Positions 47,507 to 57,842 are shown, numbered from the stretch's first letter. The stretch: DNA of 64,000 nucleotides from Clostridia bacterium (GCA_017398825.1 JAFQEV010000053.1:4843-68842); one strand, 5' to 3'. The notes: generated by a model not told the origin, from the sequence alone. Numbers and translations are program-made.

Positions 47507-48166
47507 TTATTTCTTCATTGCGGAAACTTGTTCAGCAACAGCGTCTGCCAAGTTTTCGTTCTTCTTTTGTAAGCCTTCGCCCATTTCGTAACGAACGAAA
47601 CGTCTAACGGAAATCTTCTCACCGATAGTAGCGGTTGCCTCGGTTACTAACTGCTCGATAGTCTTATCCGGATCTTTTACGAACTTTTGGCAAAGCAAGC
47701 AGTTATCGTTGTAGAAGGTCTTAATTCTGCCTTCAACCATTCTCTCGATGATTTTTTCAGGCTTGCCTTCTTCGATTGCTTGAGCGCGTAAAATTTCCTT
47801 TTCCTTTTCGATAACTTCAGCAGGAACTTCGTCTACGGTAACGTAGGAGGGGTTTGCTGCTGCGATGTGAAGAGCGATATCGTGAACGAGCTCTTTGAAT
47901 TGATCACCACGAGAAACGAAGTCCGTCTCACAGTTAACTTCTAAAAGTACGCCTACTCTACCACCCATGTGAATATAGCTTTCAACTAAACCTTCAGCGG
48001 CAATTCTACCTGCTTTCTTAGCAGCCTTTGCAATGCCCTTTTCTCTCAAGTAGTCAACAGCTTTATCCATATCGCCGTTGGTTTCAACGAGAGCGTTTTT
48101 GCAATCCATCATACCTGCGCCCGTTCTTTCACGGAGCGTCTTTACGTCACTTGCTGTAAAACTCAT
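47507..48166 (-). CDS. tsf: Elongation factor Ts (short form)
   Basis: [22 protein letters not shown]-like N-terminus, 219 aa. Confidence 0.9.
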   Translation of the reverse strand: MSFTASDVKTLRERTGAGMMDCKNALVETNGDMDKAVDYLREKGIAKAAKKAGRIAAEGLVESYIHMGGRVGVLLEVNCETDFVSRGDQFKELVHDIALHIAAANPSYVTVDEVPAEVIEKEKEILRAQAIEEGKPEKIIERMVEGRIKTFYNDNCLLCQKFVKDPDKTIEQLVTEATATIGEKISVRRFVRYEMGEGLQKKNENLADAVAEQVSAMKK

Positions 48167-48177
48167 TTTCGTTCTCC

Positions 48178-48948
48178 TTATTCTGCTTTTTCTTGAGCGG
48201 GAGCCTCTTCAGCTACCTCGTCTTGAGAAACAACTTCGTCGTCAATGTTGTGGTTAACCGCGTCAGCACCCTGATTAGCCTCGATAACCGCGTCAGCAAT
48301 AATAGATGCGATAAGCTTAACGGCACGAATAGCATCGTCGTTACCAGGAATTACGTAATCGATATTGTCAGGATCACAGTTGGTATCGGTAATAGCAACT
48401 ACGGGGATACCAAGCTTTTTAGCCTCTTTAACTGCGATTTCTTCGCAATGGGGGTCAACTACGAAAAGTACGCCGGGAAGAGTGTGCATTTCTCTAATAC
48501 CGCCAAGGTTGAGCTGGAGTTTTTCTCTCTCTTTCTTAAGCTCGATAACCTCTTTCTTGGGAAGAAGGTCGAAGTCGCCTGCTCTTTCCATAGCGTCAAG
48601 CTTATTAAGCCTGTCAACTCTAGAACGAATGGTGTTGAAGTTGGTAAGAGTACCACCAAGCCATCTTGCGTTGATGAAGTATTGACCACATCTTTCAGCC
48701 TCTTGAGCGATAGCCTCTTGAGCTTGCTTTTTAGTACCAACGAAAAGTACGGACTTGCCTGCTTTTGCAACTTCTACTACGAACTTGTAAGCCTTTTCGA
48801 TTTCCTCTACGGTAAGTTGAAGGTCAACAATGTGAATATTGTTTCTTGCACCGTAGATGTACTTCTTCATTTTGGGGTTCCATCTCGAAGTCTGATGACC
48901 GAAATGAACGCCAGCCTCGAGCAACTGTTTCATTGAACATACTGCCAT
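48178..48948 (-). CDS. rpsB: 30S ribosomal protein S2
   Basis: [22 protein letters not shown]. Confidence 0.95.
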   Translation of the reverse strand: MAVCSMKQLLEAGVHFGHQTSRWNPKMKKYIYGARNNIHIVDLQLTVEEIEKAYKFVVEVAKAGKSVLFVGTKKQAQEAIAQEAERCGQYFINARWLGGTLTNFNTIRSRVDRLNKLDAMERAGDFDLLPKKEVIELKKEREKLQLNLGGIREMHTLPGVLFVVDPHCEEIAVKEAKKLGIPVVAITDTNCDPDNIDYVIPGNDDAIRAVKLIASIIADAVIEANQGADAVNHNIDDEVVSQDEVAEEAPAQEKAE

Positions 48949-49121
48949 AAAAATTTCCTCCGTTTATTCCTCCCGATACAAGTTTTACCAGGCTTTACTC
49001 CGCATGAAAAAAGTGAAATTTACGGGGCAACGAACGCCTGCAATATATCGGTGTGAATTTTTTAGCCTTTACATATTACCACATATTTTCCCGTTTGTAA
49101 ACTTTTTTAACGGGGTTTTTA

Positions 49122-49154
49122 TAAAAAAACCGCCCACCTCAACGAAGTGGACGG
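49122..49154 (-). terminator. Intrinsic terminator after the NhaC-family gene
   Basis: CCGTCCAC/GTGGGCGG stem (one mismatch) followed by T7 on the minus strand. Confidence 0.6.
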
Positions 49155-49173
49155 AAATTTAATTTTCTAAACC

Positions 49174-50982
49174 TTATTTAGCAAGATTTGCCCTCTTTTT
49201 CTCAATAAACTTGATAAGAGCAATAGCACCTGCAAGCATTGCAAGAGCAATAGCCCAGATAATAAGCGCAGTCCAAACCCCACCGATTACCGATAAGTAA
49301 CCTGCTATTATATAGCATACGAACGAAATAATAGCTATCATTGCTGCGTACGGGAGTTGAGTTTTAACGTGGTCGATATGGTTACAGTTACCGCCCGTGG
49401 ACGCCAAAATCGTAGTATCGGATATCGGAGATACGTGGTCGCCGAATACCGCACCGCCAAGCGTTGCAGATACGGTTAAGATAACGAGCGTTCCTTCTCC
49501 TCCCAAGATTGCAACCGCAATGGGTACGAGTACGCCGAACGTTCCCCAAGATGTTCCCGTTGCAAATGCGATAGCGCACGCTGTAATAAAGAATATCGCA
49601 GGGAAAAGAGCTTTAACTGCCGCGGGGATTTTTTCCATGTTGGCTTGAACGAATGCCTGCGCGTCAAGATAACCGCCCTTAGCACCCATAATGCCAGAAA
49701 TAGTCCAAGCAAACGTTAAGATTAAGATTGCAGGAACCATAGTCTTAAAGCCCTGAGTAAAGCTTTCGGTGATTTCCTTGAAAGATACTACCTTTTCAAT
49801 CATGTAATATACTGCAACGATAACGAGTGCAATGGTCGAACCGATTGCAAGCGAAGTGCCCGCATCGCAGTTAGAGAACGCCTCGATAACGTTTGCGGAC
49901 TGAACAGTCGTGCCGTAGCCAGCAGCCTCGAATTGACTAAATACCGACGTTTCGCTAATGGCAACCTCGAGATTTGGAACGATGAGTTCTATAACGGTAG
50001 GACTAACCGCAGTATAGTAAACGCCGTCACCTACAACGGAAGAAATTTCCGCTTCTGTTAAAACGGAGATAACCTCGGCGTTGTTGTTAAGCAATACTTT
50101 AACACCGTCACCTATAACCTCGGAAGAGATTACTTGAGCGTTTTCGAAAGAAAGTTCTAACGCAGAGCCCCAGTTGTAGAAGAAACCGGAGTAAATCATA
50201 CCGCCGATACAGCTAACGATTAAGATAATTACGGGAATGATAAGGTGGCGAACTTTACCGCGGGGGTTAGAAACGATAGTATTATCCTCATCGGTAGGAA
50301 GATCCGTTTCGCCTGCGTTTAAATCACCGGTCGTTTCAGCAATTTGCTCGTTTTTCTTCATCTTGCCAAAGTCAAGCTTTAAGAAACAGAAAGTAAATAC
50401 CATAACGATAGTCAAAATAGCGTAAATGTTAAACGGAATAGTTTTCATAAACACTATAATACCGTTACCCTCGAGCTCGCCCGAAACTGCAGCAGCCCAA
50501 GAAGAAATGGGAGCGATAATGCAAACGGGAGCAGCAGTTGAGTCAATAAGCCAAGCGAGCTTGGAGTGAGAAACTTTGAACTTATCGGTAACGGGGCGCA
50601 TAACCGAGCCTACCGTTAAACAGTTAAAGTAATCGTCAACGAAAATAAGGCATCCGAGCGCAGCGGTTGCACCGAGAGCGCCCTTTTTAGAAGTTATTTT
50701 CTTTTGAGCCCACTCACCGTAAGCCTTAGAACCACCAGATTTTTGCATTAAAATTACAAAAATACCGAGAACTACTAAGAAAACCAAAATGGGTGCGTTT
50801 TCACCCAACTTTTCGCTCATTGAAGTAAACGTAACGCCGAGCGCTTCAAGCGGATTACCGCCAACAAAAAGCATAGCGCCTACGAAGATACCCAAAAAGA
50901 GCGATACGTACACCTGCTTAGTTATAAGCGCGAGTACGATTGCTACTATTGCGGGCACGAATGCCCAAAAAGTACCTGCCAT
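49174..50982 (-). CDS. NhaC-family Na+/H+ antiporter-like transporter with a long hydrophilic insertion
   Basis: Polytopic protein of 602 aa with NhaC-like N- and C-terminal halves. About 100 non-hydrophobic residues lie in the middle (SALELSFENAQ...SNCDAGTS). Confidence 0.65.
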   Translation of the reverse strand: MAGTFWAFVPAIVAIVLALITKQVYVSLFLGIFVGAMLFVGGNPLEALGVTFTSMSEKLGENAPILVFLVVLGIFVILMQKSGGSKAYGEWAQKKITSKKGALGATAALGCLIFVDDYFNCLTVGSVMRPVTDKFKVSHSKLAWLIDSTAAPVCIIAPISSWAAAVSGELEGNGIIVFMKTIPFNIYAILTIVMVFTFCFLKLDFGKMKKNEQIAETTGDLNAGETDLPTDEDNTIVSNPRGKVRHLIIPVIILIVSCIGGMIYSGFFYNWGSALELSFENAQVISSEVIGDGVKVLLNNNAEVISVLTEAEISSVVGDGVYYTAVSPTVIELIVPNLEVAISETSVFSQFEAAGYGTTVQSANVIEAFSNCDAGTSLAIGSTIALVIVAVYYMIEKVVSFKEITESFTQGFKTMVPAILILTFAWTISGIMGAKGGYLDAQAFVQANMEKIPAAVKALFPAIFFITACAIAFATGTSWGTFGVLVPIAVAILGGEGTLVILTVSATLGGAVFGDHVSPISDTTILASTGGNCNHIDHVKTQLPYAAMIAIISFVCYIIAGYLSVIGGVWTALIIWAIALAMLAGAIALIKFIEKKRANLAK

Positions 50983-51191
50983 AATTCCTCCTAAATTTTG
51001 GATAGACTAAATCTACCCTGCGTAAAATATTGAAGATAATATACTACATTTGTAAAATATTGTCAATCAAATGTGTGTTTTTGGTGAAATTTGTGATTTT
51101 GTTGAACATAAATGGCAAAAGTGTTCAAAAACTCTTGCAAAAGTTATGAAAATTTGGTAACATAAAATTATTCTTTAAGAGGTGAGTTGCT

Positions 51192-51980
51192 ATGGCAAAA
51201 CTTAAAAGTAAAGAATTGAAAGTTCCAACCGGAAAAAGCTTTATGTATTTCATCTTAAAGCCTATTGTTAAATTCGCTTACAGGAAAAGACCTAAGATAA
51301 TCAATTTGGCAGGCGAACTTGAAAAACAAGCGATAATCGTATCTAATCACTCGGCAATGAGTGGTCCTCCAACGCTTGAGCTTTACTACCCCGTAAAAAC
51401 TTGCAAGTGGGGCGCGCACGAGATGTTTGGCAATCATAAAGAGAGAACGGCGTACATGCGCGATATTTTGTATATAAAGAAAAAGCACATGAAACCGGGA
51501 TTTGCAACCTCGCTAAAGGCTTGGATACTCGCTTGGCTCAACCCGTTTATTTACAAGGGAATGAAAAACGTTCCAACTTATACCGACGCTCGCCTTGGCA
51601 AAACGTTGAGAGTTAGCATAAAGGCACTCGAACAAGGCATGTCCGTTATGGTGTTCCCGGAAAATTCTAACGAGGGGTATTTTGACGTTTTAACTCAGTT
51701 TTTCCCAGGCTTTGTTATGCTTGCGGAAAGGTGGTATGCGTTAAAGGGTAAAGATATACCCGTGTACCCCATTTATATATCCGTTCAAAAGCACATTTTA
51801 GTAATAGATAAGCCCATGTACGTGCAAGACTACGTTAAGCAAGGCTTAAATAGATATCAAATTGCCGAGATTTATAAAGACAAGGTGAACGATTTATATT
51901 TTAACTACGTTAAAGATGCTGACGTTTACGATGATAAAAAAGAAAATAAGGCTTTGAAAAAGGCAAAAAAATCTAAATAG
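51192..51980 (+). CDS. Lysophospholipid (PlsC-type) acyltransferase
   Basis: SNHSAMSGP (HxxxxD-like) and FPENS blocks. RBS is AAGAGGTGAG. Confidence 0.65.
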   Translation: MAKLKSKELKVPTGKSFMYFILKPIVKFAYRKRPKIINLAGELEKQAIIVSNHSAMSGPPTLELYYPVKTCKWGAHEMFGNHKERTAYMRDILYIKKKHMKPGFATSLKAWILAWLNPFIYKGMKNVPTYTDARLGKTLRVSIKALEQGMSVMVFPENSNEGYFDVLTQFFPGFVMLAERWYALKGKDIPVYPIYISVQKHILVIDKPMYVQDYVKQGLNRYQIAEIYKDKVNDLYFNYVKDADVYDDKKENKALKKAKKSK

Positions 51981-52009
51981 AAAATGCGGTGAAATCACCG
52001 CATTTTTTT
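51981..52009. terminator. Bidirectional terminator
   Basis: AAAATGCGGTG-AAA-TCACCGCATTTT. Confidence 0.8.
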
Positions 52010-53078
52010 ATTGCTTGCTCGGTAAGCATTCTATTAAAGTTATACTTTTATCGCTTGTAGCTATGAACTTCCCCTCAGCAATAAAAGGAAGGTAAAAGTA
52101 ATCTCCCCTTTTGATGTTTTTTTCGTAGTTTTCACCGATGATTTTACCATCGCCCTCAACGCATAGGTACACCGACGGCGCGTAGTCCATAACAAAGCTA
52201 CCGCCATTTTTAAGCTCGTGCCTATTCCCAGCAAAGCAAGGCGTATCTTTATAGGTTATAAGTTCAGTTTTTTTATAAACTGGCGTGTCGATAACTATTT
52301 TAGGATTAACCTTTGCAAATTCTTCGGCGGAACTGCCGAATATATCGTAGTTAATTGCCCCGAGCGCAACCTCTTTTTCAAGCCCGATATACTCTTCTTC
52401 ATACGAAATGTGATAGTTGTTGCACCACCTTTCAGGCTGTATAGTAAAATCGGTAGGCTCTTGAATTTCAACTATAGTACAGCCAGCGCCTATCGCGTGG
52501 ATAAGTCCTGCTTTTATAAGCCAAACGTCACCCGCCTTTACGGGTACGCCGTGGAGGAGGTTGCCCATAATGTCTTTTTCAACCTCGCTCTTTTCTTCAA
52601 GTTTAGAAAGCTGTTCCTTTGTGATTTTATCCTTGAAACCAAAGTATAGTTTAGCCCCTGGGCGCGTTGCAACGACGAGCCACGCCTCAGTTTTTCCATA
52701 TGGGCTGTTAAAATGCTTTAGCGAAAATTCTTTGTTTGGGTGAACTTGGAAAGGAAGTCTCACCGCGCTGTCTAAAAGTTTTACTAAACAATCGTATTTT
52801 CTATTTCCTAAAAGCTCGGCGCTGTAATCGCGCAAAAGGTCGTCGAAGAAAATCTCCGTGCCTCTGATTACGGAAACACCATCGCGCTTTCCAAAATACT
52901 TGGGATTGATTGCCTTTACCTTGCTCGCAATCCACTCTTCGGGAAAATAATTGTCCGTTCCGTCATCGTACCCGTCATCGAAAAAGTCCTTGTAGGGCTT
53001 TCCTCCCTCGTATATACGATAAACTCTGTTTCTATTGAAAAATACGGGCTGTGAAATTATCTTTTTTATATCCGTCAT
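52008..53078 (-). CDS. manA: Class I mannose-6-phosphate isomerase (cupin)
   Basis: LVKLLDSAVRLPFQVHP...GKTEAW and GLIHAIG motifs. Confidence 0.75.
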   Translation of the reverse strand: MTDIKKIISQPVFFNRNRVYRIYEGGKPYKDFFDDGYDDGTDNYFPEEWIASKVKAINPKYFGKRDGVSVIRGTEIFFDDLLRDYSAELLGNRKYDCLVKLLDSAVRLPFQVHPNKEFSLKHFNSPYGKTEAWLVVATRPGAKLYFGFKDKITKEQLSKLEEKSEVEKDIMGNLLHGVPVKAGDVWLIKAGLIHAIGAGCTIVEIQEPTDFTIQPERWCNNYHISYEEEYIGLEKEVALGAINYDIFGSSAEEFAKVNPKIVIDTPVYKKTELITYKDTPCFAGNRHELKNGGSFVMDYAPSVYLCVEGDGKIIGENYEKNIKRGDYFYLPFIAEGKFIATSDKSITLIECLPSKQ

Positions 53079-53944
53079 ACCTTTACCGCTCCATAAAATT
53101 GCGTTGTTTGCGCACCTTTTTCGTTTGCCTTTTTCATAGCTAATAAGATGTTTGAAGAGGTTAATTCCTTTCCCTCAACGCTCGCTATAAACGCGCCGAA
53201 AAAGGCGTCGCCTGCGCCGGTTGTATCAACGGGCTTTACAGGAACTGTGGGAACTGTTCCGCTCGCACCATCTAAGTAGTAAAAACTGCCTCGGCTACCT
53301 AAGGTAACTAAGAATAGTTGACCCTTTTTTGCAAGTTTTAAGCATCCGTTTAAAACGTCTTTCTCTTTAGAGAAAAGCTCAAGCTCGTCATCGGAAAATT
53401 TAACTATATCTGCAGATTTTATAAAGGGAAGATAGGTTGCAATAGCCCTTTCTTTACTGTCGTAAGTGTCCTCTCTAAAATTAACGTCAAAGGAGAGTTT
53501 TACGCCTAATTCCCTCGCCTTTTTAACTACCTTATTTGCAAATTCAACGCCCTCTTTTTCGGAAAGCATAAGGGAACTTAAGTGGATAATGCTTAAGTTT
53601 TTATAAGCGTTAAAATCAATAGCGTCAAAATCCAAGTGGTAATCAGCGGTGTTGTCTCTTAAAAACTTAAAGTCGCGCTCCCCGTCGGTCAACGTTACTA
53701 AAGCGACGGTAGTTTTTCTATCGCAATCCACTTGAACGTCAAGCCTGTCAAGGTTTGCCCTTTTCATTTCGCCCGTTAAAAACTCGCCGTTTTCGTCATT
53801 CCCAACACGCCCTACGAACGCACAAGTTGCACCGCTTTGCTTGGCGTTTATTATCATATTGACGGGAGCTCCGCCCAAAAAGTTTTTTTCCTCGCCGTTT
53901 TCAACTATCTTGTCAACGAGTATTTCGCCTATTGCAAGTATCAT
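53075..53944 (-). CDS. PfkB-family sugar kinase (fructokinase-like)
   Basis: GGAPVN N-terminal motif and DTTGAGDAF C-terminal motif. Confidence 0.8.
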   Translation of the reverse strand: MILAIGEILVDKIVENGEEKNFLGGAPVNMIINAKQSGATCAFVGRVGNDENGEFLTGEMKRANLDRLDVQVDCDRKTTVALVTLTDGERDFKFLRDNTADYHLDFDAIDFNAYKNLSIIHLSSLMLSEKEGVEFANKVVKKARELGVKLSFDVNFREDTYDSKERAIATYLPFIKSADIVKFSDDELELFSKEKDVLNGCLKLAKKGQLFLVTLGSRGSFYYLDGASGTVPTVPVKPVDTTGAGDAFFGAFIASVEGKELTSSNILLAMKKANEKGAQTTQFYGAVKV

Positions 53945-54121
53945 AACTTTCCCCTTTAGCCTTTATAAGTAAATTGTACAACGTAAAATATAAAAAGTCT
54001 ATCGCTAAAAAATTTAAAAATATCGTTATTTTGCAAACACAAAAAATATTTTCGCCTTTTCTTATCCCTTTGTTTGACAAAATTTGCGCACAAGCGTAAG
54101 ATAATATGCGGAGAAAAACTT

Positions 54122-55129
54122 ATGATACAAACGTTTTTAGCAACGCTTAATCCCATGCTCACTCTTTTTATTTGTATGGTTTTGGGCTTTATTCTATCAA
54201 AACTTAATATCCTACCCGAAAACGCTAGCAAGGTTATGGCAAAGCTTGAAACTTATATTTTTTGCCCAGCACTTAGTTTTTACACGATGGCGAGAAATTG
54301 CACGATAGCAAATATCGGTGAACACGGGCTTAATATTATAATATTTTCGGTAGTAATCGCCGTTGCGATAGCCTTATCCTATGCATTGAACGGGGTTTTC
54401 GTTAAGGATAAAAAGAGTTACGATAGAGGCGTTTACCTCTACGCCTTAGCGTTTGCAAACCTCGGCTACGTTGGCGACCCGCTCGTTCTCGCTCTGTTTG
54501 GTGACGTGGGGCTTTCATACTACAAGCTCGCTTGTCTTCCATTAACCGTTCTCATCTACGTTTGGGGAATTTCCGTTCTCGTTCCGAAAAAGGAGAACGC
54601 AGGGAAATTTTCAGCGTTTAAGAATTTACTTAACGTTCCCACCGTCGCGCTCGTTATCGGTATAATAGTGGGATTACTTGGCGGTGGCGAATTTATCCTC
54701 GGTAAAGAGGGTGACATGAACTTTATAGGTTCAACGCTTAACTCGCTTAAAGACTGCATGGGCCCCGTTGCAATGATTATTGCAGGTTGCACGGTTGCTC
54801 AGTATAAAATTAAACCCATGCTCACCAACAAAAAGGTTTATTTTGCAACGACATTAAGGCTTATCGTTCTCCCCGCCGTTTTAGTCGCTTTGGCATTTGG
54901 CGTTAAATGTCTTTTGAACGTTTGCTTTAACCTCGCGATAGATAACTTTATTATTCACCTTGCTTTCGTAGCGTTCGGCGCTCCCCTTGGGCTTAATACG
55001 GTGGTATTCCCCGAGGCGTACGGTGGCGACGCAAAAACAGGCGCTGGCATGGCAATGATATCTCACACACTTTGCGTAATATCAATACCTTTAATGTACG
55101 CCCTCGTTGCAATGCTCTTCCCATTATAA
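54122..55129 (+). CDS. AEC (auxin efflux carrier) family transporter
   Basis: About 10 TM helices and a typical MIQTFLATLNPML start. The start is preferred at ATG 54122 (GGAGAA upstream). Confidence 0.75.
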   Translation: MIQTFLATLNPMLTLFICMVLGFILSKLNILPENASKVMAKLETYIFCPALSFYTMARNCTIANIGEHGLNIIIFSVVIAVAIALSYALNGVFVKDKKSYDRGVYLYALAFANLGYVGDPLVLALFGDVGLSYYKLACLPLTVLIYVWGISVLVPKKENAGKFSAFKNLLNVPTVALVIGIIVGLLGGGEFILGKEGDMNFIGSTLNSLKDCMGPVAMIIAGCTVAQYKIKPMLTNKKVYFATTLRLIVLPAVLVALAFGVKCLLNVCFNLAIDNFIIHLAFVAFGAPLGLNTVVFPEAYGGDAKTGAGMAMISHTLCVISIPLMYALVAMLFPL

Positions 55130-55143
55130 ACTTAAAAAACACA

Positions 55144-55173
55144 AAAAACCGCAGGTAAAACTGCGGTTTTTTT
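55144..55173. terminator. Bidirectional terminator
   Basis: AAAAACCGCAG-GTAAAA-CTGCGGTTTTT. Confidence 0.8.
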
Positions 55174-55261
55174 AAACTGTAAAACGCTGTGCGTTATTAT
55201 GAGTTTAGTGAATGTAAACGATACGAGCGCTGTCGCGCGTTATGATTTTTGATTATATTGA

Positions 55262-55382
55262 ATTAAAAGGCGTCGTACACAAGCAAGACAAGGCTCGACA
55301 ATACTTTGACGGGCATAATAGACCTTTTTGGTCATTATGGTCGCAAAGCATTGACAGTAACACAGTAAATAAAGGATTAAAA
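55262..55382 (+). repeat. Intact TIR-hairpin element (T2-g)
   Basis: P1 is CAATACTTTG/CAAAGCATTG and the inner hairpin is CATAAT-A-GACC-TTTTT-GGTC-ATTATG. The right arm is GACAGTAACACAGTAAATAAAGGATTAAAAA. Confidence 0.75.
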
Positions 55383-55512
55383 ATTTAAGACGTTAGAAAC
55401 GAGTTAGGCAAGGCTCGACGGCAAGCCGTTGGGCGTAATAGACCTTTGTGGTCATTACGGTCACGACTTGACGGCAGTAACGACGCATAACGAAGTTTAT
55501 AATGGCTTAAAT
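55383..55512 (+). repeat. Intact TIR-hairpin element (T2-h), head-to-tail with T2-g and ending on the DUF47 gene stop codon
   Basis: Left arm ATTTAAGACGTTAGAAACGAGTTAGGCAAGG. The reverse complement of the right arm is ATTTAAGCCATTATAAACTTCGTTATGCG. The last T (55512) is the first base of the stop-codon triplet 55512..55514. Confidence 0.8.
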
Positions 55513-56132
55513 TAGGTGTTTTTCATAATAACCGAAACAATACAATCACTTGCGTGTTCGCACGCGTCAACACAAGCCTCTAAGCTTTCGTAGATTTTAC
55601 GCCAAGAAATAGTTTCTAAGACGTCTTTCGAATTTTTGGTGAGCGTGCGAATGGAAGAAAGATAGAGTTTGTCACAATCTTCTTCAACGTCGTTAAGCTC
55701 AACTACTAATGCGTGAATTTTCTTAGATCTCTTAAAGTTCTCAAATTCGTTCATAATTTCGCAAAGAATATCGCAAGCTTTTACTATGTTTTTTGCAACT
55801 GATATAGAGGGTGCATCGATAGTCTTTATATCATAAATATAAAACTTTTGTAAAACCTCTTCGATAAGGTCAACAACGTCATCAAGCTGATGGCTGAGCA
55901 TATCAAGGTCTTCACGATCAACGGGAGTTACGAAAGCCTTTGCTAAAGCCCCGTCCATCTCGTGTTTTTTAATATCTGCACTATGCTCTATCTCGTGCAT
56001 CGTTTTGAGCATTTCCTCAATGTTTTCCGGGTTAAAGTTTTCAAGGCATTCAACGAGATAGTTTGCCGCCTTTTTGGAAAGTTCCGCACTTGCTATGAAA
56101 TTATCAAAATAAAATTTATCACCTTTTGCCAT
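55512..56132 (-). CDS. DUF47 (PhoU-like, YkaA-type) protein
   Basis: 206-aa helical protein immediately downstream of a PiT transporter gene, which is the canonical pairing. Confidence 0.75.
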   Translation of the reverse strand: MAKGDKFYFDNFIASAELSKKAANYLVECLENFNPENIEEMLKTMHEIEHSADIKKHEMDGALAKAFVTPVDREDLDMLSHQLDDVVDLIEEVLQKFYIYDIKTIDAPSISVAKNIVKACDILCEIMNEFENFKRSKKIHALVVELNDVEEDCDKLYLSSIRTLTKNSKDVLETISWRKIYESLEACVDACEHASDCIVSVIMKNT

Positions 56133-56147
56133 AACTTATAATCTCCT

Positions 56148-57197
56148 TTAAATGAATATCCACATAAATAACTTAGTCATACCAAAGCCTACCAAACCAC
56201 AACCGGGGAAGGTAAGTATCCAGGTAAGCACCATTTCTTTTACTACGCCAAAGTTGATTGCCGAAACTCTCTTTACAGCGCCAACGCCCATAATGGAGGT
56301 TGTTTTTGCGTGCGTAGTCGACACGGGAAGACTGAATATTGAACAGAATAACAGTGATAATGCCGCTGCAATATCCGCCGAAAAGCCTTGATATTTTTCA
56401 AGCTTTACCATATCCATGCCAACGGACTTTATAATCTTCTTTCCGCCCATTGCAGTACCTAAAGCCATAACCGCCGAACACACTATCATAAGCCAAATGG
56501 GAATGCTTATATCCGACGGCAACGCCTGCCCTTGCGACATATAAACGCAAAGGAGGATTACGCCCATGAACTTCTGCCCGTCCTGCGCGCCGTGCATAAA
56601 CGCCATTGACGCAGCGCCCGCGATTTGAGCACCTTTGAAAAACGGTTCGGTTTTGGGTCTATTCATATTATAGCAAACCTTTGTAACGAATTTACATACG
56701 AGCCAGCCAAGCCCAAAGCCTAATACTACGGAAATTCCTATACCGTATATAACCTTTACCCACTCCGAGCCGTTAACGCCCGCAAAACTTCCGTGGAGTG
56801 CTATTGCACTACCCGTAAGACCGGCAATTAACGCGTGGCTCTCGCTGGTGGGAATTCCAAACACCCAAGCGAGCGTTGCCCATAGCACTATGGCAAACAG
56901 CGCTGCGCTCAGCGCGATTATCGCCTCGTTAGCGTTATCGCCAAAATCAACCATCTTGGTAATCGTTTCGGCAACGGTGGCGTTGAGCATAGTCATTAAG
57001 AACACGCCTAAAAAATTGAACACAGCCGCCATAATAATAGCTTTTCGCGGTGATAAACACCTCGTAGTAACGCACGTTGCTATGGCGTTGGGAGCATCCG
57101 TCCAGCCGTTAACGAGGATAACGCCGAGTGTTAAAACTACGGCGATAAACAGGAGCGGATTACCAACCATTTGATTCCAAAACTGTAAAATATCCAT
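56148..57197 (-). CDS. pit: PiT-family inorganic phosphate transporter
   Basis: GWTDAPNA and PVSTTH signature motifs. Confidence 0.9.
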   Translation of the reverse strand: MDILQFWNQMVGNPLLFIAVVLTLGVILVNGWTDAPNAIATCVTTRCLSPRKAIIMAAVFNFLGVFLMTMLNATVAETITKMVDFGDNANEAIIALSAALFAIVLWATLAWVFGIPTSESHALIAGLTGSAIALHGSFAGVNGSEWVKVIYGIGISVVLGFGLGWLVCKFVTKVCYNMNRPKTEPFFKGAQIAGAASMAFMHGAQDGQKFMGVILLCVYMSQGQALPSDISIPIWLMIVCSAVMALGTAMGGKKIIKSVGMDMVKLEKYQGFSADIAAALSLLFCSIFSLPVSTTHAKTTSIMGVGAVKRVSAINFGVVKEMVLTWILTFPGCGLVGFGMTKLFMWIFI

Positions 57198-57448
57198 AAA
57201 AAATCCTTTTGAGAAATAAGAAATTGAAAATAGCGATAATTTTTTATTCGCTTTTATTATATCTTATTTTTAGATTTTCCGTCAATAAAATACCTTGAAT
57301 TGCCAGCATATAGCGCAGGAATTTTGATATTTTCGCTTAACAATTAGTAATTTTAAAAAAAAGCAAAAAATATTTTGACTTTATCGTTTTATTATGATAT
57401 TATAGTTAGGCTAACTTAAATTTCTATTGAAAAGTAGCAATTGAAATT

Positions 57449-57490
57449 AAATATTTCAGTTATGGAAAAGTACCCAAGTGGCTGAAGGGG
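57449..57490 (+). pseudogene. Duplicated 5' fragment of tRNA-Ser (14 nt of leader plus tRNA positions 1-28)
   Basis: The 42-bp sequence AAATATTTCAGTTATGGAAAAGTACCCAAGTGGCTGAAGGGG is identical to 57617..57658. Confidence 0.85.
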
Positions 57491-57596
57491 TTCCAGCTCC
57501 AAACACAGTTTGTTCGCCGCTTTGGCTACAAACGATTATCAATCGTTTGCTTAACGCGTCGCGCCCCTGCTCCTTAGCAGGTGAGCTTAAGTTTTT
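57491..57596 (+). repeat. T3 repeat element, copy 1
   Basis: Core CCGCTTTGGCTACAAAC-hairpin-GTTTGCTTAACGCGTCGCGCCC is shared with 63825..63876. The hairpin arms differ compensatorily (CGATT/AATCG versus AGTAT/ATACT). Confidence 0.75.
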
Positions 57597-57630
57597 TAAA
57601 AATTTAATACATTGTAAATATTTCAGTTAT

Positions 57631-57722
57631 GGAAAAGTACCCAAGTGGCTGAAGGGGCTCCCCTGCTAAGGGAGTAGTACGTGAATAACGTAGCGCGGGT
57701 TCAAATCCCGCCTTTTCCGCCA
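57631..57722 (+). tRNA. tRNA-Ser (anticodon GCT), CCA encoded
   Basis: Manual cloverleaf fold. Acceptor GGAAAAG/CTTTTCC, 3-bp D stem CCC/GGG, and anticodon stem CTCCC/GGGAG with loop CTGCTAA. Long variable arm TACGT-GAATA-ACGTA and T arm GCGGG-TTCAAAT-CCCGC, then GCCA. Confidence 0.9.
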
Positions 57723-57752
57723 AAAAAGCAAGTCTAATTGACTTGCTTTTTT
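57723..57752 (+). terminator. Intrinsic terminator after tRNA-Ser
   Basis: AAAAAGCAAGTC-TAATT-GACTTGCTTTTT. Confidence 0.8.
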
Positions 57753-57842
57753 GCATATAGGCGGCATTTTCACCAAGGTTCAATCGCTAGCCGCGGACGG
57801 CAACCCTTTTGTCTCTTCGAGACATTTCCCCTAACAGGGGAA

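Noticed and set aside
48193-48936. 247-aa ORF antisense to rpsB. Similar long antisense ORFs occur inside gap, potA, dxr and the surface-protein genes.
   Set aside because: The sense strands carry unmistakable conserved proteins. The antisense ORFs are artefacts of codon bias, with no RBS and no recognisable motifs.
48949-49110. rpsB 5' leader as an r-protein autoregulatory structure.
   Set aside because: The spacer is long enough, but I could not identify a convincing conserved fold by eye. It is left unannotated.
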